This document shows, piece after piece, positions 10,394-29,503 of a DNA stretch of 29,503 nucleotides. The notes below the pieces were generated by a model. The model was given only the letters and a program-made list of their open reading frames with translations. It was not told the origin of the DNA and searched no databases. Source of the DNA: Vermamoeba vermiformis (lineage: Eukaryota). The first letter of the stretch is position 1. Every line of letters starts with the position of its first letter. Where the stretch lies: contig JBEWZL010000096.1 in the NCBI GenBank assembly GCA_045837725.1, forward strand, positions 124,001-153,503, read 5' to 3'. The position numbers were made by a program, and so were the translations under genes.

Positions 10394-13300
10394 ATGGATG
10401 TTCAGAAGACGAAAGATAGGCGAAAAAGAAAGAGAAAGACGGATTTCAAGCAGATTCAACAAGAAGACGAACCAGCAGCAAAAAGACAGAAAGTCACCTT
10501 TGAAGTACCTACAGAAATATTATTAGAAATATTCAAATACCTTGGACCAACAGATTTGATCGTGGTTGGTCGGGTTTGTCAACTTTGGAACGAATGCACG
10601 GGAGCTACTTCCTGCTGGCGCTTATATTCCACCTGCTTCGCGACACCTACTGGCATATCATGGGAAGTGGATAGATATTTCAAGGAGCACGACGGTGAGT
10701 TAGATTTTAAAGCAAGTTTTTACGATCTCGGATCTAACTCGCTTTATAGGATTTCTCAAGGCTGATGTTAAGTACATAGAGCCTAAATATGAAAATTTGG
10801 GATACCGTGACGTGCATTCATGTAAGTACCAGCCTTTGTTATCGACAGTTCTCATTTTGCTGACATTTTTTATTCTCGATAAGTTGAGCTGTCTTACAAA
10901 GGAGAATATTTGGCTCGATATGAAGTCATCAAGTTCAAAAATAGTTTCATAAGATTTGGCAATGCGAATGTTTTAGAGGATTTTATTTTGATCGATCCGG
11001 AATCTAGCCACGACACATCCTGTTGGGCGATCGAGGCTCGAATTATTCCGCAAGACACTACGTACCAAGATTCACAATATACAATAGGGTTTAGTTTGTT
11101 TTTCAACGAGCTAGTGTAAGTTAAATGTCTACAAAGGTTCGTTTTATTGATCTTTTTCTTAGATTACTCTCGTCGCTCAAAAAGAAAAGAAAATTCCCGA
11201 AACAAGAATTGCTATTAAAGGGACTCGATACATCACATGTGCATAATAATAAGATGTACAATCTCTGTTGGAACATTACGACTCATCCCTGCGTAAGTAG
11301 TGCTTTACTTTGACACGTGAAAAATATCGAATGACACGTGTCACTTTTACTTCGTACAATTATTTTTAAAAATCATTATTTTATTATAATTAGAGCAAAA
11401 CAATATATAGATCCTTCTTAACAATTTAATTTTGTTTAGGATCCAATTTTGGTCGGTCCTGACATGTTCGGAGATAACGTCAAATTATACGATCATCAAT
11501 ATCGAGCCGTTAATTGGATGTTATATATAGAAAGTTTACCAGGTATAAATAACAATCACTTCTATTGACTTATTTCATAATTAATCTAATCCATTTACAG
11601 CAATTTCGTACTCGACCTTGCTACCGAGCACAATATCGCCAAATATCTTCTTTGATTTACGAGACGCTGAAAAACGAGAAATAGTGCCAATCGATGACAT
11701 AAAAAATTATCAAATTTCGTTCAAACCAAAAGGCGGAATACTCGCGGATGACTTTGGCTTAGGAAAAACTATCTCAGGTAATATTTAAAATAAAACGACT
11801 CAATTTATTAAGATGCAACAACTAATATTTAAGTCAAGCTATATGCCTCGTGCTTGCAGATAAAAAATTAAACAAAATCGAGTTGGATCTGCCGACCAAA
11901 AATAGCGACAAATTTTCGTCCAATGCAACGTTAGGTATGATCCAAAAATAGTACTAGAAATGAATTCTAATACTAACGTTATTTTATAAGTGATTTGTCC
12001 TTCCACTCTGATTGACCAATGGGAAGAAGACATCGCGCGGTTCAGTGAATTGTCGTCTATGGTCATTACCGAGCCATTTCAAATTCTCTCAAAAGCAGCA
12101 GGTAAAAATCATTCAAAAGGTCCATATTATTCGATCATTTATTAATATTCAATTTTTATTAATTTTAGATCTCGTCCTGCTTTCGACTGAAGTAATGCAG
12201 GAACACTTTAAGATAGGCTCGCCATTGTTCAACGTGACTTTTAGGAGAATAATATTAGACGAGTCACACTTGCTATTTTCAAGAGGTAAGGAGCTCAAGG
12301 AAAAAAATTTTAAGTTCGGATCCGATTAATTTACCCTTTAATTTTAGGCGCTGCATGGAATGATTTTCATCGCGATACTATTCAATGCTTATCTAAGACA
12401 TATGCGTGGTGTTTATCAGCCACGCCATTTCCTGATGAATACGAGATGAAACCTCTGCAGAAAAAATGTGCGGCCTTGACGATGGAGTTTCTGGAATTTC
12501 CTCCCCTTTCTAAAGACCTTAAAAGGGAAAGCCGATGGGACATAAATCCTCGGAATGATTTTGAGGCTATATCTAGGTATATATAATTGAATCGAGTTTC
12601 CTGCTTCAAATTCCGGATCGAGATCCATTCTAACGTATATTTTAATTTAGGTATAATCAACAATGGACTATGATGAGTACGTTAATGTGGTGCACTAAGC
12701 GCGGTCATTCGCCTGAATTGAATTTCTCTTCGTCAACTCCTGAAATTATCCGGATCGATCTGACACCTTTCGAACAAGCCGTCGTAAATATGTGTAAGTA
12801 TCGTTATATAAAATTCAAAATATATTTCAAGACATATGCATAACTAATACTAGATATTTAGCGAGAGATGAGGCAAAAAAAATTGCGATTATTGCTGGCG
12901 TAGGTTGTTTCCATAAACCGCTGGATACGTTGAAAGAGGAAGAAGAGAAAGAATCTTTACGCGTATGACTATATAGTGTTATTAATAATATTATCTTAAT
13001 TATCATAACTATACTAATAAATATTCAATTTAGAACTTTTTTCCGAACTTTGGTGGTGCCATTGAAGCGTTTACTACGCTACAGTTTATTGACAAATTAG
13101 AAAGCATTGTAAGTATATATTTAAATATTTTATAATAGTACTAAATATCTAACTTGCGTTCATTTCAGCCATTCCTTGCAGCGGATCCAAACGTTGAAGC
13201 GAAAATTCAAATGATTAATCTGTTTGGGTCAAAATTAGCGGCTATTATTACTTGGGTTAAAGAAAATATCGTTGACAAGAATAAGAAGTGCATAATGTTC

Positions 13301-13845
13301 TCGAGGGTAATTATTTAGATTTAATTTCCATTTTAAGAGGGTTTTTTGTACTGACGGATCTATTGCAGTACTCAAAGTTTTTGCAATACTTAAGCTTTTC
13401 ACTGGATCACTATGGCATTGATACTACTGTAGTCAATTCGTGAGTCCTAACAAATTTATGCCAAAGGAATCAAGTCTAATTCTTTCACAGATTTTCCGAG
13501 GATTTGCCACCAGACAACCAAGGCAACATCAAAAAGTTTAAACAAGCAAACACAGGAATATTATTAATAGCCTTGGACCCCAAAATACTATCGGGACTTC
13601 ATTTCAAAGACGTGGACTACATCGTATTGTTGGATCTGCTCAGTGAATTGCCATCGAGAGAAGACAGTTACGTCAAATTAGCATTAGGACGTGTCACTAG
13701 CATTGGCACTGAACCACGTGACATTAAGCGAGTGAGATTTATTGTTAGCAATAGCATGGATGAAACTTGGTACGAGTCGCCGGAAGAAGTTAACGGTAAC
13801 ACTACTTGGGTGGTCAACAAAGTCATGGAAAGTTTCAGAAATTAA
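10394..13845 (+). CDS. F-box + SNF2-family (Rad5/16-like) ATPase-domain fusion protein
   Basis: Basic NLS-like N-terminus and F-box EVPTEILLEIFKYLGPTDLIVVGRVCQLW. Spliced SNF2 motifs: LYDHQYRAVNWM, GGILADDFGLGKT (about 11732-11770), TLVICPSTLIDQWEEDI, RRIILDESH (DESH 12258-12269), WCLSATP, SKLAAII..KCIMFSR, SGLHF..VDYIVLLD and LALGRVTSIG. Confidence 0.88.
11332..11343. repeat. Palindrome TGACACGTGTCA (intronic)
   Basis: Perfect copy in intron 11293-11439 of the F-box/SNF2 gene. A partial copy, TGACACGTG, lies at 11311-11319. Confidence 0.85.
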
Positions 13846-14007
13846 TTAAAGCATGTATATAAAGAGTTTTTGCAAACCACTTTACTGGCGAAGAATAATA
13901 TGCAATACAAAAAGGTTAAAATTTTGTTGTCAACGGATCCGATTCGAATTGCAACTCTTTATTAGAGATCGTACGCTATTACGTATATTATACATGAGGT
14001 CTATAGA

Positions 14008-16185
14008 CTATTTGATGCGTTCAAGTTGTTCTTTGAAAGTTTGATCATCAACAAAACTGAGTGTCACTCAATCAATGACAGCCAATAATTCTCCGAATTG
14101 AATCTTATTGTTGGGACCGACGCGAGCAAAGACGTACCAATACTTTGATAGATCTAATAATTTCTTAGCCATAGTATCATCTCGTTGAAGCACATTTTGC
14201 TTTGGTGAGCAGATCCAGCAATTTCCTTCATATTCGAAAACTCCTAATGTCCGATATCAATAACGACATATTTGGTATTTTCAATTTATAAGACGTACCT
14301 ATGTAATGGAAATCGCAATTGAAAATAGCGGTGAACATTGGATGATTACTATCAGAGGTGGGCCACGAACACAGCTCGTTCAGCATTGGATCCGTGCACG
14401 GCCAGAAGACAACTCGTTCAGTTCTAATATCGATTATAGTGCCCATGCATTGTGTCAGGAAGAGATTCATTGAACGACCTATGAATTACGATTTGAATTA
14501 GTTTTCATGAAAATTAAATTTTTAACCCCGTTCGTTTACAAAAATCTACCTTCTTCATCAGATTTGAACATGTTTAAGTAGTCCTTGTTAATTATGACCG
14601 CGTTGTCATTGAACTCGCCAATAACATCGAGTTTCATTTTTTCTACGTAGAATAACTCTCGTTCTGTGTATTTTTCTTGCTCGCGTTTGATAAATTTCAT
14701 CAAATGGGGCGATTTTTGAATAATTTCCTTTTTTGTATAAATCTCTGTGCCTTGAGTCAACCAAAAGGTTTGAGCCAAATGAAAAGCAATTAACTTCCAA
14801 TCATCTTTGTCCAAATGATCGCCTAACTTTGTCAAATCAATGTCTTGCAGCACATCCGCTCGTTTTTTCAAACTTGTGGAATTCAACGCTTCAATAACTT
14901 TTTCACGAATCGATTCTATTCGTCTCAGCGTGATCAAACTAAGTAATACTCGGTAATCAGTTTCGGTTGCAATGAGAATAATAAAAATGATAAGTCACTT
15001 ACATAACGCGAATGCAAACAGAAGTTCGTGTGATAACTGAACGAGGAAGTTTTCGCTTAATTGGCAAGGGATATTTCTTATAAAAAAACAAACAAAAATT
15101 AATATCATAATTAGTAAGACCTTGAAGAAGAATAACTTTGAAGAATAAAGATTGTCGGATAGTAAGAATAGCCTACTTAGGTTTACGTACTTGTTCATGA
15201 AGCGGATAAGTTGCCAATAACGCATTATTGACTTCATCAGGAATTCCTCGGTGACAATCTTTCACGACACCAGCAGTGGTATCAATAGTAAATATATTCC
15301 GATCTTCATCGCCACTGCCACGTTCAAAATTCAAAATCGTTTCGTTGTCTGGCATCTTGGCGAACTGATAAAGAACATCTACATCTCGCGAATCTTGAGA
15401 TCCATGTCTAAAAAAGGCAATGTATTCTTTTTCTTTTGTAGTATTGTTATTATTGTCGTTATTTTGCTGATCAATAATCTTCTTCCAGTCCATCAACGAT
15501 GACACTCGGAGAACGTCTCCGAAATCGGTCGACTTGTTGTACGATGTATTTACTATCACTGGCTTCCAGCCCACTTATTTAATAACAAGATTTAATGCGA
15601 TGTATAAGATTAATGTTATTTGCTCGAGACTTGCCTGCAGATCCAAAGGTTTGTGTGTCGAGGAAATAATCTCCTTTCAATAGCGTTTTATCCTACGGAT
15701 ATCAAGTGTTAGCTTTATGTATAAATAGGGAGAATGTAAATTACTTTGATCACGATAATCCGCTCGATCCAGTCAGCGCCAAGTTTAGTTCCGATCCATT
15801 CCACTTTTTCACCGATAAGATTGTGGTTCATTACAATTTTAATATCTAGACCGTATGACTTCATTTGATGTAGGGCATTGAGGGCGTTAGGAAACGGATT
15901 AACGTTGGAAATTAAGCCTTTCTGAGAAAGAAATTCGAAAATAAATTACCTGACACTCCTCATGTAATTAATAATGTTATTTACCTCCAAATATATTTTT
16001 TCTAATTTTTGCTGCAATTTACTGGGCAATTGACTCGCTATTTCAAAGTTTGGACGCGAATCTGGTTCTTCGAGCTCTCGTGTTTGATTAGGAAAGTATT
16101 CTCGTAGTTTATCGCATGCTGATTTATCAATATTGGCTATTAGTCTTTCAAAGTCAATAAAAACGATGGGCTGTTGTGCTTCCAT
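14008..16185 (-). CDS. Multidomain fusion: NT5C-like HAD domain (degenerate) + Pol-beta-type nucleotidyltransferase with helical domain + Rnl1-like ligase domain (degenerate); in-frame TGA at 14068-14070
   Basis: Spliced protein: IVFIDFERLIAN...NPFPNALNAL...EKVEWIGTKLGADWIERIIVIKDKTLLKGDYFLD (NT5C-like); FFRHGSQDSRDVDVLYQF (hGS..DxD); RGIPDEVNNALLATYPLHEQ; WKLIAFHLAQT..GTEIYTK; LTQCMGTIIDIRTERVVFWP...IGVFEYEGNCWICS...YVFARVGPNNKI..LLAVID. Confidence 0.68.
15574..15634 (-). other. GC-AG intron (61 nt)
   Basis: Donor CAG|GCAAGT and acceptor ATAAG|TG. Removing it joins ...FGSA to VGWKPVIV in frame. Confidence 0.7.
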
Positions 16186-16294
16186 TTTGCAAGGATGCGA
16201 TCTGACACTTTAAAAATATCGAGCACGATCTAACGAGCGACTGTTTAACTTAAAGTTGAATATAAGATCGATTATTTACAATATTACATTAATA

Positions 16295-18027
16295 TTATAC
16301 AGTATTTTCGATTAAAACTGAATCGTCTTCAGTTTTTTCTTTGACACCAGCCCACAACTTGTGCAATTCTTTGCGAGAATTTGCAATGACGATCAACGTG
16401 ATTAAAGTAGTGGGTACTAAATATAGCAGGGCTGGTTGGGCGATGTGATACACAAAGGCGAAGACAATGGCCATGAACAGACCAGCCGCGTAACCCCACA
16501 TACTGTAGTAGAAGTAGCCCTTTGGCTGCGATGAATTTTGATCTATTTTTAGTGCGTACGCAATTAAGAACCCGGGAACTACCTAAAAATATACTTAGGG
16601 TTAATATATAACTCATTCATATCGTATCGCAATTGACTCAAAAGCAGATCTCGCACAACTTTTTCATCGTAAAAATGTACAAAATTTAGCTGCTAATTTC
16701 GTGGAATAATATAATGAATATTTTCCTATTTAAAGTGCTAATAAACTAAATTTGTAATATTTTTTTAAAGCTGATTGGCTTACGATGTCTCCAAGACCCA
16801 ACATGTGATGCCAATAAATTAGTTTCATCGGTAACTGCAGCTCAGGTACCACGCCTTGAATGTTCAACGACTGCGCGACAGTATTGATCGGATTGACTGT
16901 TGGTTTAGTCGCTACTGTCACCATCACATTGTCACCGAACAAGTACGGCGAGATGAACACCCAGAAGATGTCGTAGAAGAATAGGCAGACTAAGATTATA
17001 GTAGCCACTTTGATGTTTGGCAACTTAATGAAGCTATGCAAATAAAAATAGAGATTAATTTGGGAAATTTTAAACGAGATCTGGATGTGACATCCAATTT
17101 TTAGCCTGAGAGACATTATGCAATACGAGACGCCCATAACTAATTTAATACGATTAAATATTGAAATATAAGCGTACTGATGCTACATACTGTTGTTTAG
17201 TATCCAGTGGCCTGTAATTAACCACAAAAACAATCCGCTGAAAGCTAGAGGCACAATGATCAAATAAATTGCAGTTGTTTTACCACATAAAGGCAGTCTA
17301 TATAACGGTAATGATTAATAATGCGTTTCAATTATATTCAAGTCGTTTGGAGGAAATTTAGGTTTGACAGATTTTGAAATCTGATCTGGATCACCCCTTA
17401 CGTTATTTCGCGAGAAGCTAGCGAGGGAAAATATCGTTCTAACACAGGGTATAATACGAATGCCATGCTAGTGATGGAAGTGAAGAGCGTCATGACCAAA
17501 ATCAAAAATGAAAACGTGCCGAAGAAATAAAATAGGCACAACATCATAATAGACGCTACTATCGGGTATATTATAGCCTTCTTATCCGTAATAACGAGCT
17601 CTGTAATAAATAAAAAGTTATTATTTTGTTTTTACACGGAAATTCGTAACGGATGGCAAGAGAGAATTTCACAAAAATGAAGTAAAGTATCGAATAATTT
17701 ATACAGCAATATAATATTGGTATATTAAATGTAAATAATGACATAATAAAGGTTAATATGCAATGGTAATACTGCCTACGTCGTCCAAAATTTTTACCTT
17801 CATACTCGGGCTGAGACTTTAATACACGTTCATAAATTATAGAATATTTGCTTCCCAAATATACAGTGCCTACTGCAGTGGCATAAATACATAGCGAGGG
17901 TAAACTGAACAGATCAGCCCTTGAAAAAATACCAAACATTAGAAAAAAAGTTCTTGATGGCTGAGAGACGGAGAAAGGAAAATATTATATTGATTACATA
18001 CCAACCAGACGTTTGAGTTTCGGCCAT
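16295..18027 (-). CDS. SPPL3: Signal peptide peptidase-like aspartyl intramembrane protease (peptidase A22B), SPPL3-like
   Basis: Catalytic motifs FFYDIFWVF, LGLGDIVVPG (spanning an intron) and QPALLYLVP. IKLPNIKV, VMVTVATKPTVNP..LQLPMKL and a short N-terminus without a PA domain resemble SPPL3. Confidence 0.85.
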
Positions 18028-18125
18028 AGCGGACTGTGTTCTCTCGTCTAAAATTAGGCTAATAATAATTTTCCAATTTTCGCTCAAAACTTCATTGCAC
18101 AGTTTCAGATCCTCTCTCAACCACT
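18028..18125. promoter_or_regulatory. Short divergent intergenic region, probable bidirectional promoter
   Basis: About 98 bp separate ATG 18027 (-) and ATG 18126 (+). Confidence 0.5.
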
Positions 18126-26789
<8,664 letters not shown>

Positions 26790-26892
26790 AAGTAACTACA
26801 ATACGTTTATATTTTGCAAGACATGTCATTAAAATCTTCGTCTGGGGGATATTTTTTTCGCTGTGTTAAAATCATATTCTGTTACTTGCACA

Positions 26893-29503
26893 TTAAGTTG
26901 TTTCAGCTTCTGTACACAGAATCTCATCCAAGCCAGCACTGAAATCTTTCAGGTTTGATTGATTGATGTAAATTCGAACAGTTTTCTCATCAATGACATC
27001 CTTTTGATACTTGTGAGCATTTGGCATGGTGACATGAAGCATTAAGGTGTGAGTGGGCAATCCAATTTGGTCAAAGACTCTCTTTGCACTGATTGGCTTG
27101 AGAACTTTGCAGAGATCTAAATTTTCTTTCTTTGCCTTGGCTTCATCTTCTTTTGTTAACTGTGCGTAGAAATAAGTTCGGGTTCTTGCTTGTACTTGTT
27201 TTTGTCATGTTCTTTCTTGAACTCTGACATATTGAGTGTTGGTGTAAAAGTTAATGACACTAGCACCAAGACTTCATTTCCATCAGCAGTTTCTGCATAA
27301 TGTCAATAACAATCAAAAGTAACTATAGCTACTCACTGCAAAATCCAACAAGATCTGGTCCCATGCTCACTGATGGTCGTAGTAGAACAGTTGTTGGTCT
27401 TGCAAACATAAACAGCAGATCCATGGCAACACTTTCTGATTCCTGGTACTTAGCTCCAATCTCCAATAATAATTCAATGTCTTCGTCAGGAATTAGCACA
27501 TTTGGATAATTATGGAATAATTTCATGCCAATCAAATCAGCGAAGCCCTGTTTGCAGGGCAACATCATTTCTATCTTTTGCAGCTATTTTGGTCAGTTCC
27601 ACAAGCTTGTTCATAGCATGCTGGAGTTCTGAAATGGAGTTTCCATAATCAACATTGTCCCAAGTTACTTTCAAATTCTTGCACCAGGTAATGCCTTCAG
27701 AGTGTTTAGACAAGAAAACATAAAATTTTGGGGCCATCTAAAAGCAGGATAGTTATTTTTCAAGAATTTGCAGCACCATTAAGAAGCTTACCATAAATAT
27801 TCCAAAAGTGAATTCCCAACATGCACTCAGAACAGCTGCTCCCTTCTTTTGTGACAAAGAGTTCAATGCTTTTTGTGGAAAGTAGTTTCCTAACATGTTG
27901 ATGACAAAAGGCACAAGCTGAGGTTCTTTGATGGAATAGATGTACCTGTATGCCATTATTTTGTCTTTAAATAACAGTGAGCATAAGTCAAATGATGTTA
28001 AAAGGTGACGTACCAGGATTGGGAACTTTATAAAAATAGAGAAATCCTGTTTCTTCAGGTGCAAATCCATAGTGTCGTGTTAAATACTCAGCCTCCCAAG
28101 ACAAAGCTTCACCAGACAGAAAAGCCATTAACACTGTTAAAATGTGCTCTGGAACTAATACAAGTGAATAATGCAGATTACAGTGTAGTGTACTTACAAC
28201 TGATGGCAGGACTTACCAGCCCTCCACCCCTTGGCCCCATCTGATATCTTTTAATCACTCTCTTCCACTGATCATAAATATTTTGTTCCAAATCAGCTAA
28301 CAATTGATTAAGAGCTGTAACAAAGACTTTGTTCTTTTGTTCAACATTTGTCATATCTGCATGTGATCTAGATGCAGCCATATATAGAAAGCGCAAATAT
28401 GCAAATACATAACGTAATCTGCCTTGCAGCTTGGATCTTGCCAACTGCAAGTTCTCTTCTGAGATACCATCCAAATTAATCCATTCTGATAGATGACTGA
28501 TGGCTTCATCAGGTGTGACATAGGGATATGCCTCTTGAACCTCACTCAATTTGAATAGAGAGCTTCCTTTGCCACCATGTGAGCTTGTTGGCTTTTCAAA
28601 TTGTGACACTCTTGTTCCAGCAACCAATGCTAATGCTCGTTGTGGTAACGACTGAACAATCAGCATATTAAGTAGGTTGCTATTATGTAATTGTTAGTCT
28701 TTAAAAATGTTTCTGAGAGCTTACTTTGCATGTGCTGTAGCTCCTTCACCAGAAACTAAGTGCTCTTCAAAACATGTTTGAATGACAGGTGCCTCATCAA
28801 CAGCAAACCAGACATTTGGAAATTGTTCACAGTAGACAGCCATTAGATAGGAGAGTGCCTTGCTTATTTCAATCCAACTATGTCTGCTTTGCATGTCCCT
28901 GCAAAAATTGGTTAAGAAACATAACCACTGGTAATCAACAACATACCTAAGGGCATAAAATGCCTTATTCTGCAATGAAGATAGTACCTGCTGCCCATTG
29001 TTACTGTTGGTCCACCAAATCCATTGCTCAGGTGTCAAGTCAGGATATTTGTTTTGCATGGCCTCAAGTAGCATCAAGCGACAAAGCCAAAAAGTTTGGC
29101 AATAGGCACGACAAAAGACCGTCTTTTCCTCCTTGTCTTCAGTTTTGGGCATGTCAATTCTTAAACTTCGATGAAACTCTTTAAAGCACGTGTCAACCTG
29201 TCAAGTTTGCAAAAGTTGATTAGATCTAATTATTTAATAATCGAAGTTTGTTGCTTACGTAGTCCTTGCTCTCCCTATTCTCCTGCTCAATATCGCATTG
29301 GACGTAAAATAAAAAAGCATGCCGACCAATAGCGTTCAAAATTGTGCCTATTTTCGTCGTTAAAAAACAATTGCTCGTAGCCATGTTACACGCACCTGTT
29401 TTACCAGCGCCCGACACCGCACGGACTAAATACAGGTTCGCTGTTTTTTGGTGGGCAGCAGCTTCTGTTTGAAACCACGAGTAGACTGGATCAGCAACTT
29501 GCC
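26893..29503 (-). pseudogene. Crinkler-like P-loop NTPase + PD-(D/E)xK nuclease-like gene, frameshifted; 5' end outside the window
   Basis: Walker A AVSGAGKT, Walker B WFAVDEAP, LVAGT, KLQGRLRY, SIKEP, LRPSVSMGPDLVGF and terminal IYINQSNLKDF. Frame breaks near 28250, 27540-27570 and about 27175. Confidence 0.62.

Noticed and set aside
14068-14070. Selenocysteine or an alternative genetic code explaining the in-frame TGA
   Set aside because: TGA is a normal stop at 3793-3795, the context is not a redox motif, and no SECIS-like hairpin was recognisable by eye.
15440-15470. AAT/AAC-rich microsatellite-like tract
   Set aside because: It encodes a short Asn-rich interdomain linker, which is ordinary in protist proteins.
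3952-16185. Endogenous giant-virus insertion (F-box, ankyrin-like, SNF2 and ligase-like genes are common in such viruses)
   Set aside because: No capsid, packaging ATPase, polymerase or other hallmark gene is present, and all genes are intron-rich like their neighbours. Old viral ancestry of single genes remains possible.
29186-29195. Partial palindrome GCACGTGTCA
   Set aside because: It is incomplete and lies in coding sequence (VDTC), so it was not counted as a copy of the non-coding element.

Overview
Gene-dense, AT-rich eukaryotic DNA, probably from an intron-rich protist (amoeboid lineage is a guess). Introns are short (mostly about 50-200 nt) with GTAAGT/GTACGT/GTATGT donors, CTAAC-like branch points and YAG acceptors, so the ORF track is fragmented. 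Manual splicing gives 11 genes: a UTP6-like 3' end; a two-EF-hand protein with a G/Y/P-rich N-terminus; a DUF4286 protein; a secreted DsbA-type CxxC oxidoreductase; two tandem paralogues (helical N-domain + F-box + degenerate WD40), one frameshifted; an F-box/SNF2 fusion with no RING and a degenerate motif VI; a three-domain fusion (degenerate NT5C-type HAD + nucleotidyltransferase with intact motif + degenerate Rnl1-like ligase); an SPPL3-like protease; a neurobeachin/LRBA-like BEACH gene; and a frameshifted, CpG-depleted Crinkler-like NTPase/nuclease gene. A 12-bp palindrome, TGACACGTGTCA, recurs in introns and intergenic DNA. All family calls come from motif recognition by eye; no searches were run.
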